This document shows positions 1 through 6,980 of a stretch of 41,912 nucleotides of DNA, in pieces. The translations under genes were made by a program, and so were the position numbers. Source of the stretch: a virus; IMG/VR virus record IMGVR_UViG_3300037618_000011, positions 1 through 41,912 of that record. One strand, 5' to 3'. Positions within the stretch are counted from its first letter, which is position 1, and the number at the start of each line of letters is the position of its first letter. The notes beneath the pieces were generated by a model, which was not told the DNA's origin, ran no database searches, and was given only the letters and a program-made list of their open reading frames with translations.

Positions 1-127
1 AGGCAAGCCCCGCTTTCAGCGATGCTTGCCGGATTAAAATCCTACATCGACACCAAGCCAGCCGACCGGCCGTGGCTCAACCCGGCAACATGGCTCAACG
101 GCTGCCGCTGGGATGACAAGCCCGCAG
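1..127. repeat. Terminal direct repeat copy 1 (identical to 41786..41912); circular-contig overlap
   Basis: Compared by eye: nt 1-127 match the last 127 nt letter for letter. Confidence 0.9.
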
Positions 128-303
128 CGGTCGCACCTCGAAGCCAAGCACCGCCCGGCTTCCGCACATCCGACAGCATCCTAGCCACCCTGAAACGGCA
201 CTTGGACGAAGACGATGATGAGACCGGCCACGACGCAGGAAATCACCAAGACGCTGATAACCCTCTTCTCAGTTTTGCCGCCAAAGGGCACGACCGGGAG
301 TAA
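1..303 (+). CDS. 3' portion of the junction-spanning replication-associated gene (same gene as 41420..41912)
   Basis: The frame of ORF 22..303 equals the frame of 41420.. once the 127-nt overlap is removed. It carries the WLNPATWLNGCRWDD motif typical of prophage replication-organiser-like proteins. Confidence 0.6.
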   Translation, partial: RQAPLSAMLAGLKSYIDTKPADRPWLNPATWLNGCRWDDKPAAVAPRSQAPPGFRTSDSILATLKRHLDEDDDETGHDAGNHQDADNPLLSFAAKGHDRE

Positions 304-775
304 CGACGAGGCGTTGATGGCCGGCTATCTGGTGGCCCTCGACGGGGTCACGGCGCAGGCCCTGAAGACCACGGCGATGGCTGTCATTCAGGGCCAGCTT
401 GAAGACCTGTCGGCCAAGGTCTGCCCGCTGCCGCCGGAACTGTCGCGGGCGGTGCGCAGGCAGATGCTGGAAGACCATCGCAAGGCGCAGCTGGCGACGC
501 CGCGTCTCGACTATGAGCCGATGGCCTTCGTCGGCATCGAGATGCGACAGATAGCGGCCAAGGAACTGATGCGGGCGCAAGGCCGGAAGCGGCTCTGCAA
601 CGTCGACAGCCACCCGCAGGCACTGGAAGTGGCGAAGCTGGGCAAGGTGCCCCCCGGCTCGCTCTACGTCGGCATACTGGGCGCGTTCTATTCACCAACA
701 CCGGAGGACGACCATGACACTCGACAGCAGCAGCCAAGTGAAAGCCCCGCAGTTTCTACCGGAGGGCCAGAATAA
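215..775 (+). CDS. Hypothetical replication accessory protein, G39P-like helicase-loader N-terminal pattern
   Basis: ORF track. The N-terminus (EITKTLITLFSVLP...EALMAGYLVALDGVTAQALKTTAMAVI) resembles loader/inhibitor-of-G40P-type proteins. An alternative start at ATG 317 has a GAGG SD. A start at 215 overlaps the upstream gene by 89 nt. Confidence 0.5.
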   Translation: MMRPATTQEITKTLITLFSVLPPKGTTGSNDEALMAGYLVALDGVTAQALKTTAMAVIQGQLEDLSAKVCPLPPELSRAVRRQMLEDHRKAQLATPRLDYEPMAFVGIEMRQIAAKELMRAQGRKRLCNVDSHPQALEVAKLGKVPPGSLYVGILGAFYSPTPEDDHDTRQQQPSESPAVSTGGPE

Positions 776-950
776 GATTCCGCCTGCGCCGCCATACGAG
801 CCCACCAGCGCGCTTTTCGGCAAAAAAGCCCCGGTAGTGCCTCTCACGGTGACGGAGGCTCTACAGGGGCTTCTGGACAGGCAGGAAGATATCAAGCGTG
901 CGCTCGATGTGCTGATTGCGGACGCGACGACGTTGCGTGCGCAGATGTGA
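714..950 (+). CDS. Hypothetical protein, 78 aa
   Basis: ATG preceded by a GGAGGA SD at 5-nt spacing. Last gene of the plus-strand early operon. Confidence 0.5.
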   Translation: MTLDSSSQVKAPQFLPEGQNKIPPAPPYEPTSALFGKKAPVVPLTVTEALQGLLDRQEDIKRALDVLIADATTLRAQM

Positions 951-1131
951 ACGGGGTCAGCCCGGCAAGGAGGGCGCTGCAGGCCAGCGCCGCCTCCTTG
1001 GTGGCCCCGACCTTCTGGGCGTTCGTCACCCATGCGGAGGTGTGGCCCAGCAGCTGGCCGCACTCCTGTTTGTTGTAGCCGTACTTGTCGCGCATCGCGG
1101 CAAGCCAGACCTTGAAGTCCTCGCCGTTCAT
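892..1131 (-). CDS. Small HTH DNA-binding protein
   Basis: ATG at 1131 overlaps the upstream stop by 1 nt (the track start at 1134 is TTG). HTH-like stretch YNKQECGQLLGHTSAWVTNAQKVG. Confidence 0.55.
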   Translation of the reverse strand: MNGEDFKVWLAAMRDKYGYNKQECGQLLGHTSAWVTNAQKVGATKEAALACSALLAGLTPFTSAHATSSRPQSAHRAHA

Positions 1132-1448
1132 CAATCCATCCTTCCAGCTTCAAAGCTTCCATCCGCCTGTATGATGGCGACTTGCGACAGCGGATAGAAC
1201 AACACGGTTTCGCCGGTCAGCGGCAGCTTGCACCCGGCGAACGGCTCAAGCGCCGGGTCGCCGGGGTAACAAAGCTCATTCTTGTCTGACAGTTCGAAGC
1301 CGCGCAGCGGATGCCAGCCGCCGCCGTGGCTGTAGCGGTCATTGACTTGCTCGGCGGCCGGGCGTGGGTCGGCCGCGTCGAAGATGGCAGGCAACAGGCC
1401 AAGGTGCTCTGGCGTTGCCTTCGGGTGAAAGAACACGAATTTGGTCAT
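1131..1448 (-). CDS. Conserved hypothetical protein, 105 aa
   Basis: ORF track. ATGA coupling at both ends and non-biased composition. Confidence 0.7.
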   Translation of the reverse strand: MTKFVFFHPKATPEHLGLLPAIFDAADPRPAAEQVNDRYSHGGGWHPLRGFELSDKNELCYPGDPALEPFAGCKLPLTGETVLFYPLSQVAIIQADGSFEAGRMD

Positions 1449-1606
1449 GGTGCCCTCCTGTCTGCTGTCGTTGCTGACCAGACCGACCAGACCGTGCCGA
1501 CCACCAGCCCGAAGCAGCCAGACACAAAGTTGGCCAGCAGGAAGGCAACCGCGATGGTGATTATCTGGTCAACGTTGGCGGTGACCACCTCGATGATGTG
1601 GGTCAT
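1445..1606 (-). CDS. Small membrane protein, 53 aa (not in the ORF track)
   Basis: Hand translation: MTHIIEVVTANVDQIITIAVAFLLANFVSGCFGLVVGTVWSVWSATTADRRAP. ATGA overlaps with both neighbours fill an otherwise empty gap. Confidence 0.55.
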   Translation of the reverse strand: MTHIIEVVTANVDQIITIAVAFLLANFVSGCFGLVVGTVWSVWSATTADRRAP

Positions 1607-1833
1607 GCCTTGGCTTCCTTCTGCTGTGCCACGTACAGGTCGGCCAGCTGCGCCATGCGCTTAAGCTCGCCTTCGGCTTCCTTGATGCCTTGAAAATTGC
1701 CGTCCTTGTAGATGGTCAGCAGCATCGGCAGGATGGCCGACCATGTCGGGGTGATGTCGACGGTCTGCGGATTGCTGCGGCTGGTGTTCGCACCCGATGG
1801 CGGATTGCTGGTGGACAGTTTGAGTTTGGTCAT
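1603..1833 (-). CDS. Hypothetical protein, 76 aa
   Basis: ORF track. AGGAGAACCGCC-type SD region upstream. Confidence 0.6.
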   Translation of the reverse strand: MTKLKLSTSNPPSGANTSRSNPQTVDITPTWSAILPMLLTIYKDGNFQGIKEAEGELKRMAQLADLYVAQQKEAKA

Positions 1834-1846
1834 GATGGCGGTTCTC

Positions 1847-2080
1847 CTACAGGTAGTCGTGTTTGCAGATTTCCATCTCGATGCCGGTTGCCTTCTCGAT
1901 GCGTTGAGCGAGGTTCACGGCAGCAATGCGGGCCTTGATGCCGCTGGCCCGATACATGTCGAAGCCAGCAGCCTTGATTTTGTGGTTCGCCTCGCGGCGG
2001 TCGGCCGACAACACAGTGTCGGGTATGCGGACCATCCAGAAGCGCAGCGTCGCGTCATGTGGTGAGGTCACGGTTTTCAT
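1847..2080 (-). CDS. Hypothetical protein, 77 aa
   Basis: ORF track. ATGA overlap with the upstream gene. Confidence 0.6.
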   Translation of the reverse strand: MKTVTSPHDATLRFWMVRIPDTVLSADRREANHKIKAAGFDMYRASGIKARIAAVNLAQRIEKATGIEMEICKHDYL

Positions 2081-2547
2081 GCATTGCTCCTCCCGATATT
2101 GGTCAGCTTGATGTTGTCGTTGTGGTCTGGGTCGAGGCGAAAGCGGATGCCTTCGAAGGTGATGGTGTCGCCAAGGTTCAGCACGAAAACCGTCTCCTTG
2201 GCCCGCTGGTGAGCGGAAAGCACCGTGGCCGAAGCATTGGCCCAGTGCAGCTTGTGGCCGCGTTCCTTGGCCCGCTCAAGCTCGGCCAACGGGTCGTCGC
2301 CGCACTCGACGGCATAGCCGACGACAGAGCCCAGCGAGAAATGCTTGTGGAGGATGCCGTGGTTGCGGCTCTGGTAGGGCACGGCAAACTTGCTGCCATG
2401 CTTCAGGCGAGCCCAGACCGGGCAGCGTACAAACTTGAAGGCCGGGTAGTCTGCGAGCACTTCCAGCTGGCCGTCCTGCCCGATGACAGGGGCCGTGCGG
2501 TCGATGGTGTTGCGGGTCTCGATGGTGGCGGTTTCAGTCTCAGTCAT
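2077..2547 (-). CDS. Hypothetical protein, 156 aa
   Basis: The internal ATG at 2547 is preceded by AAAGGAAACCGCC. The longer track start would overlap the upstream gene. Confidence 0.65.
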   Translation of the reverse strand: MTETETATIETRNTIDRTAPVIGQDGQLEVLADYPAFKFVRCPVWARLKHGSKFAVPYQSRNHGILHKHFSLGSVVGYAVECGDDPLAELERAKERGHKLHWANASATVLSAHQRAKETVFVLNLGDTITFEGIRFRLDPDHNDNIKLTNIGRSNA

Positions 2548-2577
2548 GGCGGTTTCCTTTCCGTGGCCATTGGGATG

Positions 2578-2595
2578 CCTGCCCGCGTGGGCAGG
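2578..2595 (-). promoter_or_regulatory. Intercistronic stem-loop (CCTGCCC-ACGC-GGGCAGG on the mRNA strand)
   Basis: 7-bp perfect stem read in the sequence between two cistrons. No U-tract follows. Confidence 0.5.
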
Positions 2596-2606
2596 ACACC
2601 GAAGGG

Positions 2607-2867
2607 TCACTTGGCTTTCTTCGGCTTCGGCGTGGGCTTCACGTCGCAGACGTCATAGAGCCAGCTGGGGCCGTAGTTGTTGCGGATTGAGTGCAGGCGA
2701 TAGCCGTTGTCCTTGCTGCAGCTGGTGCCGGTCCATTGCTCCCAGATGCGGGCGTTGTACCAGTAGATGTCTGAAAGCTCAGACTTCCAGTTGCGGCCCT
2801 TCTCATCAGCGAAGGCTTGCAGGGCTGCGCGGTCTTCGGCGCTCAATTCGGGGTATGTGCGGGTCAT
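2607..2867 (-). CDS. Conserved hypothetical protein, 86 aa
   Basis: ORF track with an SD. The pattern (GRNWK...LHSIRNNYGPSWL) recalls small proteins of plasmid/ICE leading regions. This rests on recollection only. Confidence 0.65.
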   Translation of the reverse strand: MTRTYPELSAEDRAALQAFADEKGRNWKSELSDIYWYNARIWEQWTGTSCSKDNGYRLHSIRNNYGPSWLYDVCDVKPTPKPKKAK

Positions 2868-2879
2868 GGTGGCGGTTCC

Positions 2880-3329
2880 TTAGAGTTCGACGCCGCAATC
2901 GTAGGCGACGTCTGAAATCAGGTATTCGATGGCAAAGCGGATGGCGATTGAACCGGCAATGGCGCGGTCCTGTTTGCGCGGATTGTCGCCGTTGTTGTAG
3001 TCGGCCCATGTGACGCGGCCGGTGCAAGCCACCAGCATGTCAGCAAAGGTGGTCGGGTCGCGCGGGGTGACGGGCTCGCTGGCGCTCTGGCCGGTGTTGT
3101 CGAGGTAATCCTTGATGGCTTCGGCCACATCCGAACGGTATTTGTTGAACATGTCGATGACGTCGACCGTGTAAATCAGGTCATTCCACCAGCCCGTGTC
3201 GGTGCCCTGCGAGGCGTCGCGAAAGGCGCTATAGGTGCTTTCCTTGGTGCGGCGCTTGGCTGGATATGCGCCTTCCGTGGCCGAAGCGAGGATGGTCTTT
3301 TTCATGTAGGATTTGAGGCGGTTAGTCAT
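2880..3329 (-). CDS. Hypothetical protein, 149 aa
   Basis: ORF track. Preceded by the conserved CAAACCAAAGGA SD block. Confidence 0.7.
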   Translation of the reverse strand: MTNRLKSYMKKTILASATEGAYPAKRRTKESTYSAFRDASQGTDTGWWNDLIYTVDVIDMFNKYRSDVAEAIKDYLDNTGQSASEPVTPRDPTTFADMLVACTGRVTWADYNNGDNPRKQDRAIAGSIAIRFAIEYLISDVAYDCGVEL

Positions 3330-3359
3330 GGTATTTTCCTTTGGTTTGGCGGTTGAGAA

Positions 3360-3397
3360 GCATTTCTAAAGCGGCTCGAAAGCCGCTGCAGAAAGGC
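3360..3397 (-). promoter_or_regulatory. Intercistronic extended hairpin A with UUCG tetraloop
   Basis: mRNA strand: GCCTTTC-TGC-AGCGGCT-TTCG-AGCCGCT-TTA-GAAATGC. It starts right after the upstream stop codon. Confidence 0.65.
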
Positions 3398-3398
3398 G

Positions 3399-3761
3399 TC
3401 ACATTGCATAAATCTGGCCATCGTCGCCCACGTACAGGTCAACATTGCCGTAAGCCTTGGCCGCATTGTCGAGGATGGTGGCGGCCGGTTCTGCCCAATC
3501 ACCATCCCAGAACCCGGCACCATGGCCGCAGCGGGTGAGCCAGAAGTCGTGACCGGCGTGCTCGATGTCGTCGCCAATGTCGTCTTCATTGGCGCACCAG
3601 AAGCGCAGGCAGTCGGCTTGCATCTTCTGGATGGTTTCATCGGCCAACTCATAGTTGCCAGCGTCAAGCGGTTCGTCGTTGTGGTCGGTAGAGCTGAAAA
3701 GCGCTGCCTCGATGTAGGCAGCAACGAAGCGTTCCAAGCGTGTCTTGTTGGCTTTAAGCAT
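3399..3761 (-). CDS. Conserved hypothetical protein, 120 aa (GHDFWLTRCGHGAGFWDGDW motif)
   Basis: Internal ATG at 3761 behind the conserved SD block. Acidic protein. Confidence 0.7.
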   Translation of the reverse strand: MLKANKTRLERFVAAYIEAALFSSTDHNDEPLDAGNYELADETIQKMQADCLRFWCANEDDIGDDIEHAGHDFWLTRCGHGAGFWDGDWAEPAATILDNAAKAYGNVDLYVGDDGQIYAM

Positions 3762-3790
3762 AGTCTTAGTCCTTTGGTTTGGCGGTTGAT

Positions 3791-3828
3791 GCATTTCGAA
3801 CTGGCCCCGAAGGGCCACGCCGAAAGGC
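3791..3828 (-). promoter_or_regulatory. Intercistronic extended hairpin B with UUCG tetraloop
   Basis: mRNA strand: GCCTTTCG-GCG-TGGCCC-TTCG-GGGCCA-GT-TCGAAATGC. Flanks are the same as in hairpin A but the inner stem sequence differs. Confidence 0.65.
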
Positions 3829-3829
3829 G

Positions 3830-4165
3830 TCACCATGTCCGCTGCGTTGCCGCGTTGCGGATATGGGCCGGTATCACCTGCAGCTTGCAGGCAATGTTCA
3901 GTGTGACGATGCCAGCCCCGAGATTGGTCTTGAAGAAATCGAAGTCTTCAATGTCAATCGCGCTGATGGCGTCATTCGTGGCGTTTGCCCTTGCCAGAAC
4001 AGAGCGAACCGTTGCCGGTTCATGTTGCCTGTCGAGCGTTGCCGCGTAGTCGAAGTCTGCTTTCTTGCTGGCCACCAGAGCCTCGCGAAAGAGGCTGGGA
4101 TGGCAAACTGCGCTGCGCTTGATGATGTCGATTGCAGTGCAGGTGTCGAAGTCGATTGCATACAT
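3830..4165 (-). CDS. Hypothetical protein, 111 aa (first gene of the minus operon)
   Basis: ORF track. AAAGGAAAACCGCC SD. Confidence 0.65.
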   Translation of the reverse strand: MYAIDFDTCTAIDIIKRSAVCHPSLFREALVASKKADFDYAATLDRQHEPATVRSVLARANATNDAISAIDIEDFDFFKTNLGAGIVTLNIACKLQVIPAHIRNAATQRTW

Positions 4166-4191
4166 GGCGGTTTTCCTTTGGTTTGAGGTTC

Positions 4192-4236
4192 AAGCGTTTA
4201 CCTAATGGCAGGCGTGCTGCCATCGGTAAGCGTTTG
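4192..4236 (-). promoter_or_regulatory. Long imperfect hairpin C in the 5' leader of the minus operon
   Basis: Inner stem ATGGCAG/CTGCCAT plus outer CTTACC/GGTAA pairing, followed by CAAACCAAAGGA and the start codon. Confidence 0.5.
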
Positions 4237-4266
4237 ATTTCATTCCTTAAGTATTCAACCCTTTGG

Positions 4267-4295
4267 AGCCAGACAGCGCCCCGCCAGTATGTCAA
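4267..4295 (-). promoter_or_regulatory. Candidate promoter of the minus early operon (TTGACA-N17-CTGGCT)
   Basis: Perfect -35 with 17-nt spacing read on the minus strand. The -10 is weak. Confidence 0.35.
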
Positions 4296-4362
4296 AAAAC
4301 CCGGCCCCCGCCGTTGTCCAAAGCCCGCCTGCGGGCCGTCCGTCTCGTCTCTGTCTATGCAT

Positions 4363-4418
4363 CCTTTTTATCGAACCAATAAAAGAAACACAAGCCCTTT
4401 TTTATCATTTCAATAAAA
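4363..4418. repeat. AT-rich imperfect tandem repeat (2 units of about 33 bp)
   Basis: CCTTTTTATC-gaac-CAATAAAA and CCTTTTTTATC-attt-CAATAAAA, in an otherwise GC-rich genome. Confidence 0.7.
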
Positions 4419-4428
4419 ATAATGCAGG

Positions 4429-4445
4429 TCTCCCCTACGGGGAGA
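4429..4445. promoter_or_regulatory. Hairpin TCTCCCC-tac-GGGGAGA abutting the lysin promoter
   Basis: 7-bp perfect stem. Only TTT follows on the plus strand, so it is not a convincing terminator. Confidence 0.5.
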
Positions 4446-4446
4446 T

Positions 4447-4475
4447 TTGACAGGCCCGCAGCGCATCACTGATTG
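4447..4475 (+). promoter_or_regulatory. Candidate promoter for lysin-terS (TTGACA-N17-TGATTG), start codon 8 nt after the -10
   Basis: Read in the sequence. It shares GC(A/T)GCGCATCAC and TGATTG with the element upstream of terL. No SD precedes ATG 4484. Confidence 0.5.
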
Positions 4476-4483
4476 GTGACACC

Positions 4484-5188
4484 ATGACCACGTTCGACCG
4501 CAAGACCTTTTTCGATGCCGTGCGCAAGCCGCTGTTCTCGGGCTCGATGACGCAGCAGCAGGTCGACGGCATGAGCTACAAGCTCGATGTCTGGGAAAAG
4601 CACCACAACGGCCGCGATGTGCGCTGGCTGGCCTATGCGCTGGCCACCAGCAAGCATGAGACCGCGTCGACCATGTGGCCCGTCGAGGAATATGGAAAAG
4701 GCGCAGGTCGACCCTATGGCGAGCCAGTGAAGGAAACCGGCTTTGCCTACTATGGACGTGGCGACGTGCAATTGACGTGGGACTACAACTACAAGGGTGC
4801 ATCCAGCAGGCTGGGCCTGAATGGCTCATCGGATGATTTGTACTGGCACCCGGACCGCGCGCTTGACCCTGTCATATCCGCAGATGTGATGTACTCGGGC
4901 ATGATTGAAGGATGGTTCAGGAGCCCGAATTCCTTGGATGACTATTTTAGCCCAAGTCGCGATGACCCCTACAATGCAAGGGACATCATCAACGGCGACA
5001 AGAAAACCATTCCGCAATGGTCGAACGGGATTTCCATAGGCAATCTGGTGGCAGGTTATCATCGTGACTTTCTGTCAGCGCTCAATGCCGCAGCAAGGGA
5101 TGAACCCGCGCCACCAGAGCCAGCAGTCATCACCATGACCGTGCCAGCTGGCGTGCGTCTCATCATCAACGGGATAGAGTGGCCCTGA
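4484..5188 (+). CDS. Endolysin, glycoside hydrolase family 19 (chitinase-like) type
   Basis: Motifs SKHETAS and YYGRGDVQLTWDYNY are typical of GH19 phage lysins. Confidence 0.8.
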   Translation: MTTFDRKTFFDAVRKPLFSGSMTQQQVDGMSYKLDVWEKHHNGRDVRWLAYALATSKHETASTMWPVEEYGKGAGRPYGEPVKETGFAYYGRGDVQLTWDYNYKGASSRLGLNGSSDDLYWHPDRALDPVISADVMYSGMIEGWFRSPNSLDDYFSPSRDDPYNARDIINGDKKTIPQWSNGISIGNLVAGYHRDFLSALNAAARDEPAPPEPAVITMTVPAGVRLIINGIEWP

Positions 5189-5667
5189 TGCCTAGCGCCT
5201 TCAAATTGACAGCCCGGCAGGAACGCTTTGTGTTGCTAATCGTAAAAGGCGAAGCACAAACAACAGCTTACGAGCAAGCGGGCTATTCGGTTAAGTCGAA
5301 AGCGGTTGCCGCTACCAATGCGAGCAACTTAATGAAAAGCCCTAACGTTCAAGGGCGATTGGCTGAACTGCGCAATGCGCTCGCTGTCAGAACGGTCGTT
5401 TCGCTCGACAGTCTCACCCGCGACTTGGACGATATCCGTTCGAAAGCAATGGCAAACCTGAGCTTCGGGCCTGCTGTCGCTGCTGTGGTTGCCATGGCCA
5501 AGCTGCATGGGTTCATGGTCGACAGGGCGGAATTGATGATTGAGCATAGGCCCGCGCCATTACCCACGAAAATACTTGAGCTTTCGGAGAAGGAATGGAT
5601 TGAACAGTTTGGTGTTGAGGCGCAACGGCACCTGAAACTGGCCGCGCGCACTGTCAACAAAAAGTGA
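5188..5667 (+). CDS. terS: Terminase small subunit
   Basis: LTARQERFVLLIVKGEAQTTAYEQAGYSVKSKAVAATNASNLMKSPNVQGRL matches the Terminase_2-type TerS N-terminal HTH. ATG 5188 overlaps the lysin TGA (the track start 5179 is GTG). Confidence 0.75.
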   Translation: MPSAFKLTARQERFVLLIVKGEAQTTAYEQAGYSVKSKAVAATNASNLMKSPNVQGRLAELRNALAVRTVVSLDSLTRDLDDIRSKAMANLSFGPAVAAVVAMAKLHGFMVDRAELMIEHRPAPLPTKILELSEKEWIEQFGVEAQRHLKLAARTVNKK

Positions 5668-5803
5668 ACTACAACCGCCTATTGTCTACACACCAATTCC
5701 TAGAAAACGTCACTGACGAGCGTTTGGCCTGTTGTCCATACCGAGACAGCGCTCAGAGCCTGAAACGCGCCAGTGAGCCTCTGTGTGGCAAACACAACGA
5801 ACG

Positions 5804-5832
5804 TTGACAAACGTCACACTAACGGCTATTGA
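5804..5832 (+). promoter_or_regulatory. Candidate sigma-70-type promoter (TTGACA-N17-TATTGA)
   Basis: Perfect -35 with exact 17-nt spacer. GGTGACA after the -10, as in the lysin promoter. Confidence 0.5.
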
Positions 5833-5867
5833 TGGTGACAGTTCAACGCACACAAGGAGTTCAGCGC

Positions 5868-5957
5868 GTGGATTGGGTAGCAAACGTCATCATCCCGGCA
5901 GGGTTCATTCTCACCGTCATCATTGGCGCAGCGCTGGGCGCTGTTGCCAACAGCTAG
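5868..5957 (+). CDS. 29-aa hydrophobic peptide (not in the ORF track)
   Basis: GTG start 7 nt after AAGGAG. Hand translation: VDWVANVIIPAGFILTVIIGAALGAVANS. Confidence 0.4.
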   Translation: MDWVANVIIPAGFILTVIIGAALGAVANS

Positions 5958-6052
5958 CCAGAGCTAGCCAAGCCCCATAGGGCGAGGCGCGCGCGACAGG
6001 CGCAGCGCTCGAAGGCAAGGGCGGCCGACAGGCTGGCCCGGCCCTCCGGGGG

Positions 6053-6073
6053 GCTTCGGAACGGCGGGGGTGG
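6053..6073. repeat. Left arm of the imperfect inverted repeat flanking the serine recombinase gene
   Basis: GCTTCGGAacggcGGGGGTGG. The reverse complement of 6981..6999 is GCTTCGGAggaGGGGGTGG. Confidence 0.45.
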
Positions 6074-6101
6074 GGGTGATAAATGGAGCCCCTGTCCCCA
6101 C

Positions 6102-6116
6102 AAAATCTGGGATTTT
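6102..6116. promoter_or_regulatory. Dyad AAAATC-tgg-GATTTT, candidate recombinase or regulator site
   Basis: 6-bp perfect inverted arms read in the sequence about 150 nt upstream of the recombinase start. Confidence 0.35.
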
Positions 6117-6143
6117 CGGTTTAACTTCAAGTTGCATCGTCTC

Positions 6144-6220
6144 TTTTTTTTCGCAACCTGCAGTCCGGAGATATCATTGAGGTAGAGACTAGCCTTGCCC
6201 TCCCCCCTCCCGAAAAAAAA
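6144..6220. repeat. Inverted homopolymer pair TTTTTTTTCG ... CGAAAAAAAA, 57 bp apart
   Basis: Exact 10-bp inverted repeat immediately upstream of the recombinase gene. Confidence 0.6.
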
Positions 6221-6261
6221 TACATGCGTCGCAGCTTCGTTAGCAATAGGAACCGCCAGAC

Positions 6262-6921
6262 ATGACCAAGACCGTCAACTATATCGTCTACACCCGCGTC
6301 TCCACCAAGGAGCAGGGCAAGTCCGGGCTCGGGCTCGATGCACAGTTGCGTGACATTGATTCGTTCCTGACCGCTCATCACGGTAAAGTGATTGGAACCT
6401 TCTCCGACGTCGGGTCGGGTGCCGATACATCGCGACCGGAATTTCAGCGGGCGCTAAAACTGGCGATGAAGGAGAAAGCTGTTCTCTTGGTGTCGAAACT
6501 GGACCGTCTAAGTAGAGATGTTGCCGACATTGCTACCCTGATGAAATCTATTCATTTCAAGGTCGCGACCATGCCTGACGCCGACGAGTTTCAACTGCAC
6601 ATATATGCGGCACTCGCGGAACAGGAGAGAAAATTTATTTCACAACGCACTAAGGCAGCGCTGGCACAGGCCAAGGCAAGGGGGGTCAAGCTGGGTGGGC
6701 GGCGCAGCAATGCCCTTGATAATGCTAACGCATTGAGAATCAAGGATGCCGACCGCAGCGCAGCACGGATGTGGGGATTGATAAGCCCCCTATTAAACTC
6801 TGGCTTGTCGTACCGAAAAATTGCGGATACGTTAAACCAGAGCGGGATGACGACGGAACGGGGCAGTTCCTACGACGCCAAGACGGTCTCCCGCATCATC
6901 AAGCGCATGGAGGGCGCGTAA
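6262..6921 (+). CDS. Small serine recombinase (resolvase/invertase family)
   Basis: N-terminal YTRVSTKEQ catalytic-serine motif, KLDRLSRD, and a C-terminal HTH ([14 protein letters not shown]). Confidence 0.85.
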   Translation: MTKTVNYIVYTRVSTKEQGKSGLGLDAQLRDIDSFLTAHHGKVIGTFSDVGSGADTSRPEFQRALKLAMKEKAVLLVSKLDRLSRDVADIATLMKSIHFKVATMPDADEFQLHIYAALAEQERKFISQRTKAALAQAKARGVKLGGRRSNALDNANALRIKDADRSAARMWGLISPLLNSGLSYRKIADTLNQSGMTTERGSSYDAKTVSRIIKRMEGA

Positions 6922-6980
6922 CATGACTAACGTCGCAGTTGTGGCATTTGCCGCCGTCATCACGATTTCCGGGCGCTGTT

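Noticed and set aside
1-127. Terminal repeat considered as attL/attR duplication or phage LTR-like element
   Set aside because: The repeat lies inside a continuous coding frame of a replication gene and its copies are exactly identical. The putative attP is next to int, about 6.7 kb away. An assembly overlap of a circular molecule is the simpler explanation.
4429-4445. Hairpin upstream of the lysin gene, considered as an intrinsic terminator
   Set aside because: Only three T residues follow on the plus strand, and no gene reads into it from the left on that strand. It is more likely a protein-binding or insulating element.
5783-5980. 65-aa track ORF in the terS-recombinase spacer
   Set aside because: The translation is His/Arg/Ser-rich with no SD. 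The overlapping 29-codon frame, which has AAGGAG and a promoter, is the more credible reading.
5958-6261. GC-rich non-coding stretch examined for a tRNA or other known RNA gene
   Set aside because: I could not fold a cloverleaf, and there is no T-arm GTTCGAATC-like box. Only short local stems are present. It is left unassigned apart from the repeats reported above.
6127-6381. 84-aa minus-strand ORF across the recombinase start
   Set aside because: It is antisense to the recombinase 5' end and promoter region, has no SD, and has low-complexity composition.
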